IMG/VR virus record: IMGVR_UViG_3300001846_000219
DNA: 64,000 bases
Direction: 5' to 3' (one strand)
From: a virus
Below are positions 1-8,427 of this stretch, in pieces. Within the stretch, counting starts at the first letter, position 1, and each line of letters begins with the position of its first letter. Made by a program: the position numbers and the translations under genes. The notes beneath the pieces are model-generated. The model was not told the DNA's origin. It worked only from the letters and a program-made list of their open reading frames with translations, and did no database searches.

Positions 1-2
1 AC

Positions 3-506
3 ATCACGATTGAAGCAACTGAAGAAGGAATCCGTTGTCCTAACATAGACAACCCCGATTTAATGCAACGACTGGTGAAGATCGAAGACTGGCAACCTCC
101 AGTCAGAACTTTACAGATTGCTTGCCCTATGATAGTCTGTTGGACTAAAGCAAGGAACGTGTGGGTTGAGGTTAAAGATCATCCACTGACTTCCCTCAAC
201 AATAACTTCACACTTGTGAATGGTTGGTTCAACCTATCCGATTGGGCACGTCCTATCTCTTTGGGCGTGAATCGTGTTGACCTAGATAAACCTGTGGTCA
301 TCAAACGTGGTGATCCAATCTACAAGATCTGTTTCTTGCAAGAGCATAACCTCAAGCAAGAATTCAATATGGTTAAGTCTATACCAAGTGAGAAGATTGT
401 GAAGGAGATGCATAACAGACTATCTGTTAAAACACTTATCCCATTTGTCAGTAACGATCTCATCTTCGGCAAGACAAAGAAATGTCCTTTTAGGTTCGGT
501 AAATGA
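3..506 (+). CDS. Conserved cyanophage hypothetical protein, 5'-truncated by the window edge
   Basis: The frame of the 63..506 ORF stays open back to position 3 (ITIEATEEGIRCPNIDNPDLMQRL...). Its stop overlaps the next start (ATGA). Confidence 0.7.
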   Translation: MTIEATEEGIRCPNIDNPDLMQRLVKIEDWQPPVRTLQIACPMIVCWTKARNVWVEVKDHPLTSLNNNFTLVNGWFNLSDWARPISLGVNRVDLDKPVVIKRGDPIYKICFLQEHNLKQEFNMVKSIPSEKIVKEMHNRLSVKTLIPFVSNDLIFGKTKKCPFRFGK

Positions 507-1156
507 ACAACTACGCAGAAGAATTGATACCAACGATTGTTGTTGATAACTTCTTTGAAACTCCGTCTCTAGTTGTTGCTATGGCACAGCAGTTGGAGTA
601 TTGGAGATGCACAAATCATCCGAATGGTGGATCTTGGCCAGGAAAAAGATCTGACTTTATCAATCACTTAGATCCAATCTTTCACGAGATTGTATGTAAG
701 AAACTGATTCGTTATTTGCCACACCATCAAGGATTTGATATTGCAGATATGGCATTTCACGTCTCTGATGGATCAACAAAATCTGGATGGGTTCATTCCG
801 ATCCTCCACACTTAGGAATCGGTGCTGTTATCTATCTGAATAAAGAGTTCAGGCAAGGTGCAGGAACTACCATCTATGATGTGCCTGCTGGATATAATGG
901 GCAGGTATATGAGAAGGAGTTCAAAGCACAATTACAGTGTCAGGATGATCCTGAAGCAGTTGCTAAGTTTGAAGAGTTCAAGAGACAATGTAACTCTGAC
1001 TTCAAACCGTCAGTATCTGTTGAAGCACGTTACAATCGTGCTATAATCTTTGATGGACGTAAATACCACGGTGGTATGGATTTCTTCGGAAATGATGCTA
1101 GTGATGGTAGACTAACTATTGTATTCTTTGGGAGGGGTATTCTAATTGGACCTTGA
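503..1156 (+). CDS. 2OG-Fe(II) oxygenase superfamily protein
   Basis: HxD motif (WVHSD), distal His (KYHGG), C-terminal RLTIVFF strand, N-terminal IVVDNFF typical of cyanophage copies. Confidence 0.8.
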   Translation: MNNYAEELIPTIVVDNFFETPSLVVAMAQQLEYWRCTNHPNGGSWPGKRSDFINHLDPIFHEIVCKKLIRYLPHHQGFDIADMAFHVSDGSTKSGWVHSDPPHLGIGAVIYLNKEFRQGAGTTIYDVPAGYNGQVYEKEFKAQLQCQDDPEAVAKFEEFKRQCNSDFKPSVSVEARYNRAIIFDGRKYHGGMDFFGNDASDGRLTIVFFGRGILIGP

Positions 1157-1781
1157 AACTATTGTTGACGAAAAACTATACCTTATCAAGGGTGCACTTG
1201 GGAAGGATTTGTGTGAATATCTCAAGACCGAGTTCTTGATGATTAAAGACATCGTGGAAGCAACTTCTCAGGGTCCAACTAGCGATCCCATTATGCCTGG
1301 TGCATTTGCGATGTATTCTCCCATTTGTTTTGAAGCAATGGGGCAGACAATCAAACCCCAAATTGAGGAAGCAGTCAATGCACAACTCTGGCAAACCTTT
1401 TCGTATGCGAGGGTGTACGTTAAGGGTACCAATCTTGTACGACATCGTGATAGAACCTCGGGAGAATGGGTCGGTAATGTTTGCATCACTCGTGATGATA
1501 CCGATTGGCCCTTCTATATTGAGATCGATGGAAGATCGCATCAAATTATCCTCAATCAAGGTGATTTGTTGATCTTCAGAGGACACAAGGATTTCCATTG
1601 GCGTCCAAAGTATACTGGTGAAATGCAGATTCAAGCATTTGTGTCATACGTTGACCAGAATGGTAAGTATGCAAAGAATAAGTGGGATGGTCGCCCTAAA
1701 CTTGCAGCACCCTGGGAAACTGCATCTGAAGAGATACAATATGAGCAGTCAATGATTAACTCTTCACCATACTATACCTGA
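1146..1781 (+). CDS. 2OG-Fe(II) oxygenase superfamily protein (TTG start)
   Basis: YARVY...LVRHRDR (HxD), GDLLIFRG...FHWR. Confidence 0.8.
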   Translation: MDLETIVDEKLYLIKGALGKDLCEYLKTEFLMIKDIVEATSQGPTSDPIMPGAFAMYSPICFEAMGQTIKPQIEEAVNAQLWQTFSYARVYVKGTNLVRHRDRTSGEWVGNVCITRDDTDWPFYIEIDGRSHQIILNQGDLLIFRGHKDFHWRPKYTGEMQIQAFVSYVDQNGKYAKNKWDGRPKLAAPWETASEEIQYEQSMINSSPYYT

Positions 1782-2440
1782 TGAAACTTACTGTAAATAA
1801 TCCATTCGACACCTTCTATAAGTCTGCCGATGATGTCATTGTATTTGATGACATCATCCCAGAGGTGTATCAGAACTGGTTGATCGATTGTATCAAGAAC
1901 CCAGACCTAAAATGGCATCGTAAGGATCACGCTATCAGTGATCTTAACGAGGATGATCCTCGCAATGGGTTCTGTAATTTCCACTATTTGTTTGAACTGG
2001 AGCAGCAGGAGTTATCTACCCTGACCAATGGGTTTATGCCACTTGCATTACAGTTTAGGGATAAACTGCAAGCAGAATGTCTATTGCGTATGCGTGTGAA
2101 CTGTGTGCCTGCTTGGTATCAGAATCAGGTACAGTTGCCACATATTGATAGTTATGTCAAGAACTCTTGGAATGTAGTTTATTATCTTGATGACTCTAAT
2201 GGTGATACTATCATCTATAATGAACGTACTCAAGATCATCGTGAGTATTGTAATTATGTCAAGAGAGATACGTGGACTGTCAAAGCAACTGTGGCACCAA
2301 AGAAAGGTCGTGCAGTTGCATTTAAGGGAGATTTGTTCCACAGTTCCACGTTACCAGTTGGCACCTGGCGTCCAGTGGTAAATATAAATGTTGCTGAGAA
2401 AACACCAACCGATCTGAACTACGCTTATTCTCCAAGATGA
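1781..2440 (+). CDS. 2OG-Fe(II) oxygenase superfamily protein
   Basis: LPHIDS (HxD), VYYLDDSNGDT, PKKGRAVAFKGDLFHSS, R in WRPVVNIN. Confidence 0.85.
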   Translation: MKLTVNNPFDTFYKSADDVIVFDDIIPEVYQNWLIDCIKNPDLKWHRKDHAISDLNEDDPRNGFCNFHYLFELEQQELSTLTNGFMPLALQFRDKLQAECLLRMRVNCVPAWYQNQVQLPHIDSYVKNSWNVVYYLDDSNGDTIIYNERTQDHREYCNYVKRDTWTVKATVAPKKGRAVAFKGDLFHSSTLPVGTWRPVVNINVAEKTPTDLNYAYSPR

Positions 2441-3111
2441 CATACAAACTTTATGATGGTGATGGTCACACTTTGTGGCGGTCTCCTGTAGTTGAACACG
2501 AACAACAAGAGATGATTGCACAACTTGGTCGTGCACATCGTCATTTTAAGAATACATTTACTGGGTTCGATTCATCACTCAATCGTGATGGTGGATTAAC
2601 TCTAGGTTCGCTTCCTGATATGTTCGCATTAAAAGAACAAAGAGATGCTGATCTGGAGTTTTTGAAGCAAGAGCGTAATTTTAGTGGATATAGATTCTAT
2701 AATATCTTTGCACTGACATCGCCAAGTCCTCTGTTTTGGCAACTGTTTCAGGATATTCGTACTGTTGTTCGTACTACTCTGGACACCACAGATCCACTGT
2801 GGATGCAATGCTGGATGAACTATCATCGTCCTGAAGAAGTATTGAAGTGGCACGATCATAAGTTTGACTATCACGGTTATGTGAGTATTGATCCTAAGAA
2901 GTCAACAACTAAGTTCAGGAATGGTAATGATCCTATCCTGTATGAAGTGAAGAACGAGATAGGTAACATCTACTTTGGTGCTGGATATAATCGTTATCAT
3001 CAAGTATTTGTTGACGAACCATATGAAGGTGCTAGAATTACGCTTGGATTTGATATACAGGTCCAACCAGATTTGCCAGACGATCAGTTCTCTCTGATTC
3101 CTCTATTGTAA
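2437..3111 (+). CDS. 2OG-Fe(II) oxygenase superfamily protein (HxH type)
   Basis: CWMNYHRPEEVLKWHDH, YHQV, RITLGFD. Confidence 0.75.
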   Translation: MTYKLYDGDGHTLWRSPVVEHEQQEMIAQLGRAHRHFKNTFTGFDSSLNRDGGLTLGSLPDMFALKEQRDADLEFLKQERNFSGYRFYNIFALTSPSPLFWQLFQDIRTVVRTTLDTTDPLWMQCWMNYHRPEEVLKWHDHKFDYHGYVSIDPKKSTTKFRNGNDPILYEVKNEIGNIYFGAGYNRYHQVFVDEPYEGARITLGFDIQVQPDLPDDQFSLIPLL

Positions 3112-3198
3112 TTGTTTCAGTTTGCTAACAGTTACTTGCGGTCCAGATCCTAGTCGTTATCATCTGGTCTAGATACTTTATGCTTGCTGGAGAAAGCA

Positions 3199-3384
3199 AT
3201 GTACCTCAAGTCTGCACTGTTAAACGAGCATCAAAAGGCAATACTGAGAAAGGCACTGATGTTGTATATTGGCAATGCACATCGCAAGCGTTTCCAACGT
3301 ACTATGAGTGCCGATGAATTAACTGTCACACTACAGGCAGTCGATGATCTTTCTGAACTGCTACACTTGAAACAGGTCGAATGA
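3199..3384 (+). CDS. Hypothetical protein
   Basis: ATG at 3199 in the 3184 frame; stop overlaps the next start. Confidence 0.55.
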   Translation: MYLKSALLNEHQKAILRKALMLYIGNAHRKRFQRTMSADELTVTLQAVDDLSELLHLKQVE

Positions 3385-3713
3385 CTACCCCACTTTTTCT
3401 ATCTGAATCTGTGCCAATCGAAGTCCGAAACATTCTCAATGCTCTCAAACCTGGGATGCCTGCAAGGTATGAAGATTTCGAGGGACATATACGGTTTGTG
3501 AGTGATGATTACATCACACTTTGCATCCGTAAATATCCTCACGGTGATCCAAATGCCAAGCATCCCGATACTGAGGTATGCTTAGTCATCACACCTGATA
3601 AGTGGGATGATCTTGAGATTGATGATTCTGTGTTTCAACACGTCAAGAATTATCACGGTAAAACTGACGACCACCCTGGCAATGATCTCCTCCCTCCTGT
3701 GAACAACCGATGA
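3381..3713 (+). CDS. Conserved cyanophage hypothetical protein
   Basis: 110 aa; GHIRFVSDDYITLCI...VCLVI pattern; coupled overlaps at both ends. Confidence 0.7.
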   Translation: MTTPLFLSESVPIEVRNILNALKPGMPARYEDFEGHIRFVSDDYITLCIRKYPHGDPNAKHPDTEVCLVITPDKWDDLEIDDSVFQHVKNYHGKTDDHPGNDLLPPVNNR

Positions 3714-3755
3714 ACAATTACCCACCAGAACTTTATCGCGAAATCTGCATTTACT

Positions 3756-3917
3756 ATGGACAAGTTCAACGTTGTGTGGAAGAAAAAAAAGAAGAAAAGT
3801 ATCTCAAACCAATCCGTAACTTTCCTCAAATTGGAGGACGCAATATGGTATAGTGAGACAGTTAAATCTGATCCAAACCATTTTGAGATTGAAGTGATTC
3901 CTGTATTTTATGACTGA
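3756..3917 (+). CDS. Small hypothetical protein (53 aa, not in the track)
   Basis: MDKFNVVWKKKKKKSISNQSVTFLKLEDAIWYSETVKSDPNHFEIEVIPVFYD, translated by hand; resembles a recalled small cyanophage family. Confidence 0.6.
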   Translation: MDKFNVVWKKKKKKSISNQSVTFLKLEDAIWYSETVKSDPNHFEIEVIPVFYD

Positions 3918-4062
3918 CAACATTTGGGAAGAGCGTTACTGGGCATTGCGTAGGTGGGTAGAACGTCACCACGAACAATTTGCACCCAATCGTGACATCA
4001 CAGAAGATGAAGTTGAACTCTTCTGGAATACTCTTGAAATTGACCTTTACAATCAAAAATGA
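3910..4062 (+). CDS. Small hypothetical protein (50 aa, not in the track)
   Basis: MTDNIWEERYWALRRWVERHHEQF...LYNQK; its stop overlaps the 4059 start (ATGA). Confidence 0.6.
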   Translation: MTDNIWEERYWALRRWVERHHEQFAPNRDITEDEVELFWNTLEIDLYNQK

Positions 4063-4370
4063 CTGACTTGCAGCACTATCAAATCGAACCTCAGATCTTG
4101 GGTCTGATGGATACTTTGGGGTGGTCTCTTGATGATGACATTCGTGTGGAAGTTGGTGGAGTTGCTACCAGTGGCATCCAACAACCACCAGATGCTAATC
4201 CTAAATGGGCAAAACCATTTGGTACAGTTTCCTATCAGAAAGATGCCTTCATTGTTCTAAAGAATCGCTCACTCGATCCAGTTGTGCCTAGTGTGCCACC
4301 TGAAGAAGTGTCACAAGGGTATCACGAGAGACAGGAAAATGCTGTAACTTATGAGGAGTCGAGCAAATGA
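4059..4370 (+). CDS. Conserved cyanobacterial/cyanophage hypothetical protein
   Basis: LGWSLDDDIRVEVGG...KWAKPFGTVSYQKDAFIVLKN. Confidence 0.7.
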   Translation: MTDLQHYQIEPQILGLMDTLGWSLDDDIRVEVGGVATSGIQQPPDANPKWAKPFGTVSYQKDAFIVLKNRSLDPVVPSVPPEEVSQGYHERQENAVTYEESSK

Positions 4371-4549
4371 CTTTGGATCTCACTAAACGAGATGTAATTG
4401 CTTTGCAAACTGCACTCCAACTTATGAACAAACGTGATCAAAATCTTCAGGAGATGTTTCTAAATATCTCTTACACTGAGATATTCAACAAACTAGAAGA
4501 TTATGTCAATGCCACTGAGACGACTGGCGAAACTCACGCCAGTCTCTGA
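4367..4549 (+). CDS. Hypothetical protein
   Basis: 60 aa, coupled to the upstream stop. Confidence 0.55.
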   Translation: MTLDLTKRDVIALQTALQLMNKRDQNLQEMFLNISYTEIFNKLEDYVNATETTGETHASL

Positions 4550-4721
4550 TAGAACTAAAAAACAGTTCGTCTCTACTATGAACTCGAACCCAATTTGTAC
4601 TATTGAAGACCGTCGATCTGATGGTCGTACGTTCTTCTCTTCACAGGAAAATCCTGAGTTCTGGGTATGGTCTGATGGCGACGATGATCCTCACTGGAGA
4701 TATGAAATCCTTGCCCGCTAG
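4503..4721 (+). CDS. Hypothetical protein
   Basis: 72 aa in the tightly packed + strand array. Confidence 0.6.
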   Translation: MSMPLRRLAKLTPVSDRTKKQFVSTMNSNPICTIEDRRSDGRTFFSSQENPEFWVWSDGDDDPHWRYEILAR

Positions 4722-4908
4722 ATTTGAACGAACATCCGACTTGCCGTATGATCGTAACTGGTACAAAGTTTGGTGTATTGACAACAGTGTTAAAATTATT
4801 CAGGATTATGATGATGTAATCAATGCCTGGTTTAATTTCAAACAATACATCTCTCACGTTGAAGTGATTGATGCAAAACGTACAACCTCACCCAAAGGAT
4901 TCAAATGA
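4702..4908 (+). CDS. Hypothetical protein
   Basis: Likely start is the ATG at 4702 in the 4603 frame (MKSLPARFERTSDLPYDRNWYKV). Confidence 0.6.
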   Translation: MKSLPARFERTSDLPYDRNWYKVWCIDNSVKIIQDYDDVINAWFNFKQYISHVEVIDAKRTTSPKGFK

Positions 4909-5042
4909 TCTGCGAAGTTAAAATGTTTGTCGGTGGACAAGTTTTCATTGAAACTGTTCACGCTCGCAACTATGAAGAGGCACGGGAAGTTGCTAAAGCA
5001 AGGAATCCCAATGCACAAGTAATCGGAGTTAATGCAAAGTAA
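4905..5042 (+). CDS. Small conserved cyanophage protein (45 aa, not in the track)
   Basis: MICEVKMFVGGQVFIETVHARNYEEAREVAKARNPNAQVIGVNAK; ATGA and TAATG overlaps. Confidence 0.7.
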   Translation: MICEVKMFVGGQVFIETVHARNYEEAREVAKARNPNAQVIGVNAK

Positions 5043-5260
5043 TGTCAACATCTGAAGCACGGAGTGGAGATTCACTCAAAGTACACTATAATGAAGAAAC
5101 TCACGAAATGAACTTGGAGTGGGATGAAAATGATCCACAGTGGGGGTTTTTATCTCTGATGAGTGACGATGACATTCGAGAGTTTGTTACAACCGCAATC
5201 ACTAAAGCAGCAGAGGAGGCAGGAATTGACACTAGCGGAATTGACGAAGATGAAATCTGA
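5042..5260 (+). CDS. Acidic hypothetical protein
   Basis: 72 aa; coupled start; LEWDENDPQW motif. Confidence 0.65.
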   Translation: MSTSEARSGDSLKVHYNEETHEMNLEWDENDPQWGFLSLMSDDDIREFVTTAITKAAEEAGIDTSGIDEDEI

Positions 5261-5516
5261 TGTAGAAGATCTACGTTGTAGGATTAACGATCTTCCAACT
5301 AGAGACTATCTACATCAACATTTGTCCATTGTTTATTGGGAACTTGACCGACTTGAACGTGTGCAACAGTCCAGAGAATTGTCCGTCATTTCACAGCGCA
5401 ATGGAGGACATATTAGGACGGATCTCGATTCCTTCGGATCCCATCTTCCTGGAGGAGAGTATAGAGAAACCTACGAACACAACGACTATTACTGGGATCT
5501 AGACAGAAATAGGTGA
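5250..5516 (+). CDS. Hypothetical protein
   Basis: Likely start is the ATG at 5250 in the 5163 frame; its stop abuts promoter element 1. Confidence 0.6.
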   Translation: MKSDVEDLRCRINDLPTRDYLHQHLSIVYWELDRLERVQQSRELSVISQRNGGHIRTDLDSFGSHLPGGEYRETYEHNDYYWDLDRNR

Positions 5517-5517
5517 T

Positions 5518-5575
5518 GTGACAGTTAGGAAACCTGCACAGGGCGCTTGACTTTTGGTTGGGCGTCCTTTATATT
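5518..5575 (+). promoter_or_regulatory. Early promoter element 1 (imperfect palindrome plus sigma70 -35/-10)
   Basis: GTGACAGTT-N4-AACCTGCAC, then TTGACT (5547)-17 bp-TATATT (5570). Confidence 0.8.
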
Positions 5576-5597
5576 ATATTCATACCAAACAAAACGG

Positions 5598-6842
5598 ATG
5601 ACGATCACTCTTCGCCCTCATCAAGTTCGTGCTCTCGATGCAATGCAGCAGAACGATAAGGGTCAAATTATTGTACCAACTGGCGGTGGCAAAACATTCA
5701 TAATGATTCAGGATTGTCTGCGTCGTTTGCAGTCTGGTCCTAAGACTATTGTTGTTGTTGCTCCCCGTATTCTGCTCGCTAATCAACTCTGTGACGAGTT
5801 TATGCAGCAGATCAGTGCAACTTGGACTCACGTTTGCCACGCTCACAGTGGCGAAACTCACTTCTTCAGCAGCACCAAACCTGAGAAGATTGCTCTGTTC
5901 GTGAACACTGCACGAGCAGCAAATGAGTCTGCTATCGTATTCACCACTTACCACAGTTTGCGTCGTGTTGTCGATTCTGGCATTGGCATTGATTGTGCTT
6001 ATTTTGACGAAGCGCATAACTCTGTCCAAAAAAGTTTCTTTGTTGCTACTGCTGCTGTTAGCGATATTAGTGATAAAACCTATTATTTTACTGCTACTCC
6101 TCGCCATAATCGTCGTGATGGGCGCGGTATGAACAATGCTGAGATCTATGGTCCTGTCATTGAGAACGTGCCTGCACCAGAACTTATCAACAACGGCAGC
6201 ATCATTCCTCCCACTATTGTACCTTTTGAGATTGATCTCAATCGTGACAAGAAGCAAGCACATCACGCCGATGCTGCTACTGTTCAGGGTGTGATTGACA
6301 GTCTTGATGATACCCACGCTGCAAAGGTTCTTGTTGCTGTGCCTAGCAGTAAGATCCTTGGCAATATGATTGGGCAGACAGATTTGCTTGATCAACTCAA
6401 AGAGCGTGGTTATGATGTGCTCCACGTTACCTCTAAGTTTGGTGCATATGTCAACCAAAAGAAGGTCAACCGTGAGCAATTCTTTGAGACTCTGACTGAG
6501 TGGGGCAAAGATCCTGAGCGTAAGTTTGTCATCTTCCACTATTCTATTCTGTCGGAAGGTATCAACGTGCCTGGATTGACTCACACCATTCTTCTTCGCA
6601 ACCTGCAAATTGTGGAGATGGCACAGACTATTGGTCGTGTGATTCGTCTGAATCGTGATGACGCTGCTGGTATTGCTGCTGGCACGATTACACCTGGTCA
6701 GTTCGGTATGTATAAGAAACCCACTGGTTTCGTGACTGTACCTGTCTACCAGAACTATGGCAAGCAGGTATCAGAGCGCCTGCAACGTGTTGTTGACGCT
6801 ATCTTTATCAAAGGTGTGCCCCCTGAGTCTTTCGTTGCATAA
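5598..6842 (+). CDS. Superfamily 2 DEAD/DEAH-like helicase (type III Res-like ATPase core)
   Basis: LRPHQ Q-motif, PTGGGKT, DEAH, TATP, SEGINVP, QTIGRVIR. ATG at 5598 lies downstream of the promoter. Confidence 0.9.
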   Translation: MTITLRPHQVRALDAMQQNDKGQIIVPTGGGKTFIMIQDCLRRLQSGPKTIVVVAPRILLANQLCDEFMQQISATWTHVCHAHSGETHFFSSTKPEKIALFVNTARAANESAIVFTTYHSLRRVVDSGIGIDCAYFDEAHNSVQKSFFVATAAVSDISDKTYYFTATPRHNRRDGRGMNNAEIYGPVIENVPAPELINNGSIIPPTIVPFEIDLNRDKKQAHHADAATVQGVIDSLDDTHAAKVLVAVPSSKILGNMIGQTDLLDQLKERGYDVLHVTSKFGAYVNQKKVNREQFFETLTEWGKDPERKFVIFHYSILSEGINVPGLTHTILLRNLQIVEMAQTIGRVIRLNRDDAAGIAAGTITPGQFGMYKKPTGFVTVPVYQNYGKQVSERLQRVVDAIFIKGVPPESFVA

Positions 6843-6876
6843 ATAATGCTGAGAACCAACAACTTTGAGTAAGTAA

Positions 6877-7296
6877 ATGGCAACCGAAACTGTTAATGGA
6901 TGGGCAGATCTTCTGCTTGCTAAACTCGCTGAGAAAGCAAAAGCATATCGTCTCGCTAACATCACCGAAAGAATGAATGGCAGTGTCGGAACAACAACTG
7001 CCATCGCAATCAATGCGAGTAATGATGTGTTCCGTCGCAAACTTGATAAAGTTCAGAATGATCATCCTGATGTGACCTGGGTATTCACGAAGGAAGCAAA
7101 TGATGCTGGTGATATTGTCATCAAAGCACAGGCACCTGTTGATAGAGGTGGGCACCTGAAAGTGTGGGGTATTGTTGATGGCGAGAGCGGTCAAGTTAAA
7201 CCCAGTGGTGGATCTTATGTGGATGGTAACAGTCTTGATGATACCTATCGCGAAGCATTTTTCACTAAATTGAATCACCTGGGCACATTCTGGTGA
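6877..7296 (+). CDS. Hypothetical protein
   Basis: 139 aa; ends 5 nt before promoter element 2. Confidence 0.7.
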   Translation: MATETVNGWADLLLAKLAEKAKAYRLANITERMNGSVGTTTAIAINASNDVFRRKLDKVQNDHPDVTWVFTKEANDAGDIVIKAQAPVDRGGHLKVWGIVDGESGQVKPSGGSYVDGNSLDDTYREAFFTKLNHLGTFW

Positions 7297-7301
7297 CCCT
7301 T

Positions 7302-7359
7302 GTGCCAGTTGCATAAACTGTCCACCTTACCGCCCTTAGGGGCGGTTTTCGTGTATTCT
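7302..7359 (+). promoter_or_regulatory. Early promoter element 2
   Basis: GTGCCAGTT-N4-AAACTGTCCAC; -10 TATTCT at 7354; followed by ATAAGAGTCAAA. Confidence 0.8.
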
Positions 7360-7384
7360 ATAAGAGTCAAAGGAACAGAGAGCA

Positions 7385-7654
7385 ATGCAACTCCTACCAA
7401 ACGCAATCGTATCGGCAACCTATCGCCGTGAGATTCGCTTTTTCTTCGATGATGATACCTCTGCGAGCGAGTTCAAAACTATCGAGAAACTGACCTCTTT
7501 TCCTGATTCTGGTGATGTTCGCCGCCTCACTCTTCGTGAGTGGCAGGAGATGAATCCTTCCATCGTTCGTATGACTTTCAACGACACTCCTGTGCTCGTC
7601 GATAACACTCCCGACCAGATTGCACGTTTCAAAGTAGCAAACCTCTCCCGATGA
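7385..7654 (+). CDS. Hypothetical early protein
   Basis: First gene after element 2. Confidence 0.7.
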   Translation: MQLLPNAIVSATYRREIRFFFDDDTSASEFKTIEKLTSFPDSGDVRRLTLREWQEMNPSIVRMTFNDTPVLVDNTPDQIARFKVANLSR

Positions 7655-7800
7655 TTACTAACGAAGACCGAGAGTTTGTTAACTTTTTGTTTGGCAAACT
7701 CTTCACTCACACTGACACTGATATGATTGATCTTCACGACTCTGATAGTTGCGATGATCATTTAATGTTCACTCAACTAGAACTCGATGTCCCCCACTAA
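7651..7800 (+). CDS. Small hypothetical protein (49 aa, not in the track)
   Basis: MITNEDREFVNFLFGKLFTHTDTDMIDL...; ATGA overlap. Confidence 0.65.
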   Translation: MITNEDREFVNFLFGKLFTHTDTDMIDLHDSDSCDDHLMFTQLELDVPH

Positions 7801-7990
7801 AGAACAACTAATCGAAGCACTTTACAATGAATATGCATTTCTTTGTCACGATGACTTTGATCCCAAAGAGGATATGTCTATCGAAGAATACCTTGAAATG
7901 TTGAAAGAATTGGACTATGATGAGTTAGTCGAAGAGACTGGAACTGACGAAACTTTTACCCTTGAGGAGTTTATTAACGCTTATGTCTGA
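7787..7990 (+). CDS. Acidic hypothetical protein
   Basis: 67 aa, very D/E-rich. Confidence 0.7.
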   Translation: MSPTKEQLIEALYNEYAFLCHDDFDPKEDMSIEEYLEMLKELDYDELVEETGTDETFTLEEFINAYV

Positions 7991-8147
7991 ATCTATCCTG
8001 ATTGAAATGAAGGAGTGTTTGTATGACAAATGCTTGCAAGATGTTGACCTGTTGAGTGCTGTCATCGACGAGTATGTTAACACTATGAGTGACAGCAAAC
8101 TCGATGAACTTTACGACTTTCTTACTAACAATTTCGGAGACGACTGA
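7983..8147 (+). CDS. Acidic hypothetical protein
   Basis: ATG at 7983 in the 7962 frame. Confidence 0.65.
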   Translation: MSESILIEMKECLYDKCLQDVDLLSAVIDEYVNTMSDSKLDELYDFLTNNFGDD

Positions 8148-8272
8148 TGCCTGAAACCTACGCTTTTTCTGGTGATGCTGTTACCTTCCTTGGTTTGGTT
8201 GGTGTACTTTCAACGGGCATTATTGTTGTTACTGCTTTTCGCCGTTTCTTTAATTCTCCTTTGAACCGATGA
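8147..8272 (+). CDS. Small single-pass membrane protein (41 aa, not in the track)
   Basis: MPETYAFSGDAVTFLGLVGVLSTGIIVVTAFRRFFNSPLNR; TGATG coupling. Confidence 0.7.
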   Translation: MPETYAFSGDAVTFLGLVGVLSTGIIVVTAFRRFFNSPLNR

Positions 8273-8427
8273 TAGAACCTGAAAGAACAAAAGAACACGT
8301 TGCATTTAACAACTGGATGAAACAATGCCCAGTAGGTTGGACACAACACCAATCACGAGTTGGTATAATGTATCAGTTCAACATTGAGGAGTTAGATCCT
8401 GACGAGTCTAGCGGTGAAGAAGAGTAA
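8269..8427 (+). CDS. Small hypothetical protein (52 aa, not in the track)
   Basis: MIEPERTKEHVAFNNWMKQCPVGW...; ATGA overlap. Confidence 0.55.
   Translation: MIEPERTKEHVAFNNWMKQCPVGWTQHQSRVGIMYQFNIEELDPDESSGEEE

Noticed and set aside
503-3111. Oxygenases as TET/JBP-type DNA hypermodification enzymes
   Set aside because: No TET/JBP-specific features and no adjacent methylase, kinase or glycosyltransferase were seen, so the idea is kept only as an open possibility.
3136-3163. TTGCGG-16-TATCAT promoter with a CCAGAT/ATCTGG inverted repeat
   Set aside because: Weak -35 and short spacer; plausible but unsupported.
5580-6608. 342-aa antisense ORF over the helicase
   Set aside because: It lies fully opposite a clear SF2 helicase and has no recognisable motifs.
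8361-8370. TGGTATAAT extended -10
   Set aside because: It lies inside the 8269..8427 ORF with no -35 or upstream palindrome, so it cannot be supported without TSS data.
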